Source: Amoebophrya sp. A120 (Eukaryota; Protista; Dinoflagellata). Taken from it: 38,479 nt of DNA. How positions within the stretch are numbered: position 1 is the first letter of the stretch; each line of letters starts with the position of its first letter. Of this stretch, positions 25,605-35,345 are shown in pieces. The position numbers and the translations under genes are program-made. Location of the stretch: NCBI GenBank assembly GCA_905178155.1, contig CAJINV010000003.1, positions 10,567,075 to 10,605,553 on the forward strand, read 5' to 3'. The notes beneath the pieces were generated by a model. That model saw nothing but the letters and a program-made list of their open reading frames with translations. It was not told where the DNA came from and ran no database searches.

Positions 25605-26419
25605 AATGTACGCCCGCCGTCTGGTGCGCGCCCGCGAGGGCCTTTTTTGTCTGTAGTACTAACAAACTCTTTGTGCCGCGGCAATGGATAAAATTCTTTG
25701 GGCCCCGGCCTGCGAGCTTCTTCTCTGCTTTCGGCCGGCGGCAAGGCGGGCCCGCCCTCATCTGCGCCCCCGCGGGGGCCCTTTTTGTGCGTGCTCTTTG
25801 TGCCGCGGCAACGGGTTTCTTCGCAGCGCGGCGGCTGGCCCTTTCGGCGGAGCAATAGTCTGCGAGGCCAACTCTGCAAAGGCAGCTGCGCGCGCATTGA
25901 TCTTGGCCCGGTGCGGCCTTCTCTGCTACCTTCCTTTTGCCTGCTTCCTTTTGTGCGCGGCAGCCTGGCACGCCTTCGCGGATGAAATTTTCCCCAAAAC
26001 TGCCCGCCCGCAATTAAAGCCCCAGAACAAGGGCAGAACAAAAGTCGAGGCCCATTGTTTTCCGAAGTGGCCCCGCCCTCAGTAAGCAGGATAATCATCA
26101 GACCAGCCCAAATGCAAAGCGCGCGGCGCCGCCCCGGATTGTTCGCCCGCGCGCTGCTTGACGTGATCGGCGACCATCGGCCGACCGCTTTGCGTCCTGT
26201 TCTCTCTGGGGAAGACGTGCGCGAGCGCGAAAAAACAAGGCGGGCCTACGGGGGGGGCTAGCCTCCCCCTTCGGGAAAAAGGGGGGTCCTCCAGGGGCGC
26301 CTCAGGGGGGGGGCTTTTTTGGCCTCAGGGGGGGTCTCAGGGGGGGGGGTTTAGGGGACGAGGGGGGGCCTGAGGCCCAGAGAGAACAGCCCCAACGATC
26401 GCTATGTATTAGTCTGGTA

Positions 26420-26750
26420 ATTTATCAAAAGGAGCAAAGGAGCGCGAGCGACTCTGATAAATGTACGTCGTTGCAGAGAAGTGCTGGCACTTAGATGATG
26501 TGAGCGGTAGGGTCGTGAAATGGTTTTGGCGTCCAGCTTGAGTGATTCGTCCGCTTGGTGCCATTCCAAGGAGCAGTGGGTAGACGTGTCTGCAGCTACT
26601 AGCCTTATGATGGCGATGCGCGCCTTGTTCGGGTTCGGCGCTTGGTTCTGTGCCGAACCCGCGCCTTGTTCGGGTTATGTGCGCCTTGACCCGGGCTCCG
26701 TTGCGGTGGCGGCACGGCTGGGCTTCCTGCGTTGCAGTTCGGACACGTGA
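26420..26750 (+). pseudogene. Orphan third copy of the 5' cassette (ATG 26607, MMAMRALFGFGAWFCAEP) with no catalytic domain
   Basis: Homology to 18341-18585 ends at about 26659 and is followed by a local re-duplication CGCGCCTTGTTCGGGTT and an early stop. Confidence 0.75.
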
Positions 26751-27539
26751 ATCGATTTGCATGAAAATCAAGCAACACACAACAGGTCGCACACGTGAAA
26801 ATTCAGAACTTTGGAAATTCGTTTGAACTTTGTTTGAAGTGAAATTAGTTCTCGGGCGCATTTAAATGATATAAAGCTGGGGCTGCCTTCGTACTTCGTT
26901 AGTCGTAAATGCAATTACTTTGCATGTGGCGATGCTCGCCGAAGACCGGAAAAGCCAATTAGTGCGCTCTTTAAGCGATGTCACGTGCCATCGATTTTTG
27001 GTCCGACTGCGACTGTAGACCGAAAAGGTTAGCAAGGCATGGACAATAAATAGAAGTACAACATCATCAACTTTAGGATGTGTAATAGAAGTACAACGAG
27101 AAAAGAAATATAATTATAGACATGATTGCACGTAGTAGAGCGATATGCGGAAAAAGTCTCGCATGAGCGACATCATGACCACCAGTATCACAATCGCATG
27201 CATTCCCCTGTATGTTAGTTTGTCCATATTCTATTTCCAGTAGTTGTATCGGTATGGATTGCATAAAGAGAACATAGCGCCAACATGTCCGAGTGTTGAT
27301 ATTGCGCTGCTAAAAATCAAGTTTGCGAAGAAAATTCGCCGTCGAAAGCGAAAGCGCCGTCTTTCATCGAGCCGTCATCTGATCAGACCGTCGGATCAGC
27401 AGGGGCCACGACCGCAGCTGCAGCTGGTGTTCGTGTTGATGAACATGAGAATAGTTTACGACCACTTGCCTTAGCTTACCGGCTCTTCGATTTCGAAAGA
27501 GAGAAGGTGTGGCGCATACGTACGTATGTCTGTATGGTA

Positions 27540-28330
27540 CTAGCTGTTATCCGTGTGACCGCAGTATTTGTACTTGAGCGCAGCCGTGCCGCTTGCTGTA
27601 GCAAGGGCCACAGACTCTAGAGCAGGGGAAGGGGGGGAGGGGGAAAGGAGGGAAAGGAGGGAAAGGAGGGAAAGGAGGGAAAGGGAGGGAAAGGGAGGGA
27701 AAGGGAGGGGAGGGTGGAAGCCCGAAGGGGGGGAGGCAGCCGGGCTGGAGGTGCCAAATAGAAGGAGAGAAAGCAGCAAGAACGGGCGAAAAGGAAAGGG
27801 CGCAGAGGGGCAAGGAGATGGAAACAGAGAAAAACGCTATAAAAGCAGGCGAAAACGGGGGGAAATGCGATAAAAGGCGGTCCCACCGGTGCGGAAGCAG
27901 GAATCAGGCGGCATTGCTGGGATTCCGTGGGGTTTGTGCCTAAAGGGCACGGGAGAGTCCCGGTAGAAAGATGACTTCTAACCTGGAGTTCCCAGGCGCT
28001 TTGCGGTAAAATAAAAAGGCTAAGTGCGGCGTACTGTTTCACAGGCGGAGGCTGCCGATGCAAAATCCGTGTTCCACAGGAGGAGGAGGGGTTTTGGATC
28101 CCCGACCCGGGCTCGGGTCCCCCTTCCTCGAGAAAGGGACGCGGGGTCTTCCCTTCGGGAGGCGGGGTTCTCCCCGGCCCCCGCGACCCCGGGCACCCCC
28201 CCCGGACCCCGGGGAACCCCCCGGACCCGGGGGTCCCCCCCCCTCCCCCTCCCCTCCCCCGGACCCCGGGGGTCCCCCCCCCTCCCCCTCCCCTGATAAT
28301 TCACGCTGCTCTTTTCGTATAGTATAGGAA
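27540..28330 (-). mobile_element. Possible non-autonomous Helitron-like element
   Basis: On the minus strand it starts A|TTCCTATACTATACGAAAAG and ends with an imperfect hairpin CTGCGGTCACACGG, 7 nt, then CTAG|T. No TSD. The same 5' terminus recurs at 31408-31493. Interior has GGGA and C-run low-complexity tracts. Confidence 0.5.
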
Positions 28331-28551
28331 TTGTCCCGAAACACCTCTAATTGTGCCGTCGCTCCTTTTTGATGAAAAATTCGCCTGGGTTGTTCTTCTA
28401 GCATAGTACTCAGTTTATTTTTTTACCGACTCCTTGTATAACTCCACAGTCAGAGGAATAATTATCTTTTCGTACAAGGATCATGATCGGTTTTTGCCAC
28501 ACTGCTGCTCTCCCTGGCCGCGCAGCACAACTATTGTGATGCTGGTCGGGT

Positions 28552-28844
28552 TATGCATTGCAAATATCGAAGATCTGGGTCTGGAAGTATGCCAGGTTTG
28601 TCATGTTCGCTCGGTCAGCATGAGAAGTCTCAAGTCTGTCATGTGCGTTTTTTTAAGTACCCGAACGCCCCAGTTTCTTTGCTGTCATGCAGAAAGACCG
28701 CGCCTTGCGATGCAGAATGGGCAACACATAGTACTAGCGACTCGAAAACTTCTCATGCTTCGCTGTCCATCGAGGCCGGCGCCCTCATCACTGTCCAACC
28801 CGCATGACAAGTTTCCAGACATCCATTGATATTTGCCGTTGATA
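28552..28844. mobile_element. Introner-like TIR element (TATGCA family)
   Basis: Left TATGCATTGCAAATATCGAAGATCTGGGTCTGGAAG, right TTTCCAGACATCCATTGATATTTGCCGTTGATA. Degenerate flanks CGGGT/TCTGT. Confidence 0.75.
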
Positions 28845-29569
28845 TCTGTATTTGTGTGCGTTTTTCCTGTCGGGGTCGCTGCTGGGTGGCGCGGACGGGA
28901 AGAGGGCGTTAGTACGCGGTCGTAGAGCAGAGGCAGCGGCAGCAGGATTGTACAGGGCGGCAGTGATACCCTGAGGAAAAACGTTCCCACCCCAAAGTCA
29001 AGAAGATGGCAGATTCATTGCGACACGAACCGAGAAGTTTTGGCTGTAGCGCATGACACGCACCTTGGGTTTCTTGTGTAGAAGCCGTGTTTAGCTACTA
29101 GTGCAGCAGCATCACAAAACGAAATGGATCTTCAGCTGACCCTGATTGTAAGTAGCGCGGCGCTAAATGATTTCGAAACAGCACTAGCAAAAAATGCCAC
29201 TCACGTTGGAGTCGCGCGTGAGAAACAATTTAGGCATGCAGATTTGCATGCCAATAAACATTGGGTGCGGATGTTTGTGTTTACACTGGATAAGTAAACC
29301 GGGTGATTTTTCGGTACCGGTATGGTGCGCTCAAGCTCACGCCCGGGGCGTCTTCCAAGAAATTTTTTGGGAAGCCAGGCCAGCAAGCCTTTGTGGATGC
29401 GGTGCGGGGAAATCCTGACCAAGCCCGGTTTGGGGTAAACTACGAACAAATCTGGGAGAAAATGAAGGACATCGATATGCCCATCGATATGCGCGATGAC
29501 CCTCAGAGGGAGAGCATCAATGCGTCCATGGACCTGGATGCTGCGCAAGAGTGGGCAAAGTATTGGTTT

Positions 29570-29824
29570 TATGCATTGCAACTATGTAGTCTGGGTCTGG
29601 AAGAATGCCAACTTGTGATGCGCATTTCACAACACATAAAAATCTCTCACGCATAGCCAGCAAAAGCTGCCCACATTCTGTCACGAAAATGGGGCTTTTG
29701 TCATGCGGATTCGGCATTGCGGAAGCTTCTCGAAACCTTTGCTGCTAGAGCTTCCATGCCAGACCTTCTGCGTCATGCAAAAGCAGCATGGTTCTTCCAG
29801 ACCCAGACATATTTGCATTTGATA
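29570..29824. mobile_element. Introner-like TIR element (TATGCA family) forming a GT-AG intron 29566-29825
   Basis: Left TATGCATTGCAACTATGTAGTCTGGGTCTGGAAGAA, right TTCTTCCAGACCCAGACATATTTGCATTTGATA. Perfect TSD GGTTT (29565-29569, 29825-29829). Confidence 0.92.
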
Positions 29825-31178
29825 GGTTTCAGCCCAGCCGCGCGGTCGCGGATGCGCTACACAAGGCGCACCGCAAATTTAACCTCTCACAGCATCTGTG
29901 TGCAAGCCAGAAGGAAGAGCTTTGGAAAGCTTATTTGGTTTGGCTGGAAAAGCAGGGCATTCGTGGTCTCGACGGTGTTGAAAACGGGTGGACTATCGAC
30001 TTTTGGAGCCAAAAACTCACCGAGCTGGTGAAAAACGAGATCATGCAGATTTTTAAGTCGGGCCCATTGCCGGGCAAAGGACCGGCGCGCAAGTGGAATC
30101 AAAGGCACAGCTTGGCTCTGCCAAAGAAGCTCACATCATTGGAGGTACAACAACTGCAGAGGCAGTGTCCTGCCGCTACGCAAGGGCGGGCGGCTCCAGC
30201 TTCTCCTACGTCCTCTCCGCCAGCGCAGGTGCAGATTCTTATTGACGAGCAAAGCCGACTGCCAATTGTTTCTTAAAAGCGAAGGTAGATTTGTTTCGCC
30301 AGGACGAGATCACGCAAGAACTCTTGACGTAAGAAGAGAAGGTAGAGGGTAAAGAGTGATCTATAGAATTATACACACGAACGAAGTAGTAGTAGGAGGA
30401 AAAAGGAGAACTCGAGTTACAGTATGAGTATGTACTAGCTGACAACACCTGATCCTGAAGAAGTCGTGTGCGTGCTCTTTTAAAAAGAGAGGGAACTCCC
30501 CCACACACGACCGATTACACTCGTTACGCGGTAGACCACACTAAGAATCAGTATAAGACATACACTTTATTTTCGAACAAATTTGAAAAGTTTTCAAACG
30601 ATCGTTGAAAACTATAGAAAAACAAATCAAGATTTGGAGTACTCACTGGGAACGAGTAAGACGAGAAACGCGCAGGCTGTGCGAGTATGTAGATCATGTA
30701 CTACTTACTATGATGTACAAGCTGACGCACTTCTTAACAAGTATTCTTACCCGCTGATACTCGGTCCAGGCACTACATGACCCAGCCGTCCGTGCTGTGC
30801 TGGATATTTTTATGAAATTCGAACCTCCGTGAACGAATTCGAACCCAAACCTCCGCACGCCCCCCCCCCCTAGTGCAGGATAAATGATGATGATGAAATT
30901 GAGATCTTTCTTTTTTGTGAGCGGCATCAACTACAACAAGAAGCTGAAGATGCCAAAACATAAGAACGCGACAACTTAGGCCTGAAGAGAACTCCTAAGC
31001 CTTATGCTGTCTCGCTGAGTCGCAAAGTGGTTGCGGCCGTTCTTACACAGTCCGTCGGTCGGACGTTGTGTACAAAAACAACAGCTAAACAACCTAGAGA
31101 GCAACAGTTGAACCGAAAACAACAGGCTAAAGCACAAGTGACCCCCTCGCAGGGGTATCTATTCGCTCACAATATATA

Positions 31179-31406
31179 TAGAGTATTTTATAGGCAAGGG
31201 AGTGAAACTTCGAAGGGAGTCAAGGGAGCCAAGGGAGGAAGATAAAACTTGCACAAATTGCCTCCCCTAAAATCATCGCAAAAATGCATGCTATGGGCGC
31301 ACTTACCGGGCACCGGTTTGGGCCCTGCTGCCCCCCCCCCCCCGCTGCGGCCCGCGGTTTGGCCGCGTTTAGGCATTAGCTCGTTGACGAAGGCCCTGGC
31401 CTCTTG
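31179..31406. mobile_element. Second copy of the left end of the 11682 element, cut by an N at 31407
   Basis: Aligns with 11682-11908 up to the N. Confidence 0.85.
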
Positions 31407-31407
31407 N

Positions 31408-31493
31408 ACCCCGGGGAACCCCCCGGACCCGGGGGTCCCCCCCCCTCCCCCTCCCCTGATAATTCACGCTGCTCTTTTCGTATAGTATAGGAA
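31408..31493 (-). mobile_element. Second copy of the terminus of the 27540-28330 element
   Basis: Matches 28206-28331 apart from one C-rich internal unit. Confidence 0.75.
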
Positions 31494-32336
31494 TGGTATG
31501 GGCGTGCGCGGCGAGTAGCGTAGCGCCTAAAACTTGCGCCAAGTACTCTGTACAGGTTTAGAGCCAGTGCAGCTGAAGCACTACTGTGCTGGACTTCCGG
31601 CTGGCTACTGGAATGGTCATCATAGGCCGCCGTCGAGAGATTCTTTCACCTCGCTCGATTTTTCTCTTCGTCCTTCCTTTTCTTTTCCAGTTTTCAAAAA
31701 AATACGCATGTAGGGAACATCGCAAACAACAAGATGGGCATCCGTCGACGCGGGGCTTCTCAGGGTTTAATGGGTTCTAGGGTTGTTTAGGGTTCCTAGT
31801 TTGATTGTAGCTTTTGTCTTTTGTTTTTACTTTTTGTTATTATTGCCAATGAATATCAATATTATCACGCCGTGTGTGATTTTCTGCATCTTGTAGCTCG
31901 AGTTTCTTGATGCTTACTGATATAGTTTTAAGATCATTCGCCACCGCGTTCGTTATTTTGATATCTACTCTCTTGGATTTATTTTTGTAGAAGTTGTCGG
32001 AAAATAAACTACGCACTTATGGGTGGATTAGATCTTTGTCTTTTTGAGCAATTATAGGCGTGCTCCATTTGAATGCCTGTAATGTCTAGGTGAAAGCCGG
32101 ACAGTAGAGGTAGTCCAGTTTATTGAGAGAGATTCGTCGGTAGTCCAGTACTTGAGAGAAGAGCACCTTCTTTGGCAACCTGCTTCTTGTCCGTTGAATG
32201 ATTCCGCTGACGTTCCCGTAGTTTTGACTTTGAGTAGAGTTTCAATTAAGAAGGGGACTCGAAGTCAGAGCATTTCATCTCGTCACTCGTCATTTCGGAT
32301 TTCTCTTTGCGATAGGGCCCCTACCTTCTAGTCAAC

Positions 32337-35300
32337 ATGATCGGTTCTGGCCGACGAGCAGGAGTCTGCGATGTAAAGTGCGGGGGGATAGCATTCTTCG
32401 AGGCCCTGAGTCGAAATCTCGAGCGAGAGTATTGTCAGGGGCAGAGCAGCGCCAGATCGGGTTCGGGTTGTGCTACCAGCTTTCGTGGCAAGAATTCTTC
32501 CTCAACCACGCGGTCCGCAGCAACCGCAGCAGCCGTCCTTCTACTTGGGGTCGAGACCTCTTTCTTGCTGGGTGTGGCGGGATTGCGAAGAAGTCGGCCC
32601 GAACAAGTTAAAGCAAAAACACATGCGAGCCGCCAATCGAGAAACTTGAACTTTGACCATCCGAAAGCATTAGCATCCTACAATGGCGAACAAGAAAAAA
32701 AAATCACCAGACGCGCACGCAGCAAAAGCCTACACCTACAGCTGACGAGCATTGGCAGTGGTCGTGGAACACCATCAGAGCGGGGAGATGAAGCAGAGTC
32801 TTTCCTTGCCGCCCCGACCCTGGACGGATCGGCGGAAATGCTCGTGCTCGTTCACTCTGCGCGAGAACATGCAGCTGCAAGACAAGCGATTCGCGAGACG
32901 TGGTTGAAGCCAACACGCCCGATGACAGGCAAAAAACTTGCCGTCACTAGTGCTAGTCCTTGGGCATCCTATTTCACGGTGGGCGAACAGGGCTGCGAAA
33001 TTCCTGTTGCCGCCCGAGTGGTGCACAGCGTCAAGGCTCCTGGCGCGAATTGCACGCTGGACGCCGATCGTGCCAGCAACATTGGAGGGGCGGCCTTTGC
33101 GGAGCAGACGGAGAAAGAGTGCCAGCTGACGGAAGCACTCCACGAAGAAGCAAGGGCCTTCGGCGACGTGGTGCTGTTGCCGGTCGTGGATGTGTATTTC
33201 AACGCGACGGAGAAGTGGAAAGCGGCTTTCCACTGGGTAGCGTCGCAGGAGTTTTCGTCCGGTGTGAAGTGGGTTATGGGGATCGATGACGATTCATACG
33301 CGAGGCCTGCCATGTTGCATCAATTTCTCTTTCCGAGCCCAAGTGAGCAAGTGCCTACGGTCGGCTTGGATCCCCGGAAAGAAAAGCTAATCATTGGAAG
33401 TCTTTATGACGGAGCGAAAGTGCAAAAGAACCCGCAGGAAGACAAACATCCCGAGCTAAATTACCCTCGCGACACTTACCCAACTTTTGCCGGCGGTGCA
33501 CATGGAGTGGCTTTTTCTTGGAACTTTGTAAAATACGTTGCGGACCACGACGCCGAGCTGTTCCCTTATTCGGCGGGGGACTATTGCTGGGGCGTCTATG
33601 CGGCAGAAGGGAAGATTCCAGGCGTCCGCTTTATCAATGGGAATGACGGAGGGGAGCGGTTTCGCAAAGATGGAAATTGCACCCGTCCCGACAGTATGCA
33701 ATGCAAACGGTTCTCAGTCTGGAAGATTGATAGGCTCGCTATGCCTGCATGCCATGAGAAGATGCTGCCTTTGGCTCTGTACTGCGTACTCATGTTGATG
33801 TTCGCGAAGAACGCCTCGACCTGGTCATGCAAAAACGAAAACGCAGCTCGGCATGCGAAATAGGCAGCACATCGCAGCGTGACAACCTGTCGCACTGGGG
33901 TCTGCATTGCAGTGCGCTTATTTCGCAGGCTAGTAATACATACAGCTGCTCAGACCCAGGGACGTTTGCATAGCATAGAAGTGCTGAGTGTCAGTTCTTT
34001 CACGCCCGATCAAATCAGGGCATGCGCTGCTGTCGATGCGCAGCTCAACTCTGGCCCACCTGGTGGATCCGCTTTTTTTCTCAAACTTGCAGCCGTCACT
34101 GTTTCGAAGAAACCGCAGATCACAAACGGGTTTAAGAAAAAACGGGAAGAGGCCGAGGCAGAGGAGCAGAGACAGGATGGTCGGCAAGCCGAGGTCGCGA
34201 CCAACTCCACGTCGTTTCTGTGTGTTTCTGGTGTCTGTCATGCGTTGTCGCTTTGGACGGGGAGCGCGTACCCCCAGCTTCCCCCGTCGTTTCTAAAGCT
34301 CGCTACGCCGAAACCTGAATTTTTTCGCACTTTGGAGAAGTATTGGGACAACTTCATGGACCCGGGTGTGTGGGTGGTGCCGAATGGCTTTGTGAATTTC
34401 CGGCTTGGCGAGACTGAAATCGAACTCCTATGGCCAAACCATTTACTCAGTTGGACTCGTGTGGACAAGGACACGCCAGCGATAAGCGCTGACGGGATGG
34501 GAATGACTCTGTGCCTGGCGGAGCAGGTGTCTCGCGTTCTGCGCAGTTCATCGTGGCCCTTCCTGCTTCGAACCGTGGGGCCCCATTGGCTGGATACCGA
34601 ACCGAGTCACCGAGGGCTGCACAATCGTATGGAAGCTTTTGCCTCGGAAATGTTGTCAGACCCCACATGGCGTCACACAGCAGAAGGTGCACGCGCTAGC
34701 GGCCATTGGTCTCCCTGGGGTTTCTACATGCTGCCCCCAGGAGCTGAAGACCAGCACCTGCCCGCAGACGAGGGAGGCTTCCCTGGCTACGAAGTCGTGC
34801 GGAAAATGATGGAGCAAGCGCGGCGCCCACTTGTCCTCATTGGGCCGCCACATTTGAGTGCCGTGTCCTGCCGATTCTTCCCAACACGGGTGGCGTTTCT
34901 CGAGGCGCCACGCCGCGAAGAGAACGATGCCTGCGATGGCCCCACGAAGAAGCGTCTCAAGAAAGCAATGGCGGAGCAGTGTGAGCGGTTTCCGAGTGAA
35001 ACCGTTATCTTCCTGTTTGCCGGCGGATCTTTCATGAAAGTCATTGCGGCCGAAGCGTTTGCGGAAAGTCCGGCGTGCTTACAGAGGAAAGACGTCGCGC
35101 TCGATATTGGCGGCTCGCTCGACCCGGCGGCTGGCGGTGTGGCCGGGGGAAGCTACGCCAATGACGTGAAGAGAATTTGCCAAGATTTTTTTCTCGCCAT
35201 GTCCTGCGAGGATTGCAACCTCCACTGCAAAGGCATGTGTAGCCAATGCATCCCGGCGACCGATACAAGGGGTGACTGCACTGAAATAGCACCGGGCGGC

Positions 35301-35345
35301 TCAGAAACGGCGAACGGGGGAGAGGCATTTCTTTCGCCGCGATAG
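32337..35345 (+). CDS. GT31 galactosyltransferase-like domain fused to a GT-D-fold-like domain; exons 32337-33693 and 33982-35345 (about 906 aa)
   Basis: TM-like AAAAVLLLGVETSFLLGVAGL, then VLVHSA...RQAIRETW, EEARAFGDVV..VDVYFNATEK, GIDDDSY (DxD) and YPTFAGG. The second exon has FRLGETE, LVLIGPPHL, FLFAGGSFMKVIAAE and ALDIGGSLD (GT-D-like, less certain). Both ORFs are in the same frame and the intervening stop lies inside the insertion. Confidence 0.82.
33695..33977. mobile_element. Introner-like TIR element (TATGCA family) forming a GT-AG intron 33694-33981 (or 33694-33978)
   Basis: Left TATGCAATGCAAACG vs right-end reverse complement TATGCTATGCAAACG, with further GTCTG/CAGAC pairing. Flanks GACAG/GAAGT. 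Confidence 0.88.

Larger units (their letters stand above)
28539..30359 (+). pseudogene. Decayed gene for a secreted/membrane protein of unknown function carrying two introner-like elements
   Basis: Removing 298 nt gives the signal-peptide-like MLVGYLCAFFLSGSLLGGADG. Removing 260 nt joins ORFs 29303 and 29788 (EWAKYWFQPSRAVADAL). Stops and frameshifts remain at about 28970-29300 and about 30276. Confidence 0.55.

Noticed and set aside
28900-30359. Stop-codon reassignment explaining the in-frame stops
   Set aside because: The long RecQ, methyltransferase and GT exons have no internal stops, and this locus also has frameshifts, so decay is the simpler explanation.
31179-31493. A single chimeric element
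   Set aside because: The two halves belong to different repeats and are joined at an N (31407), probably an assembly gap.
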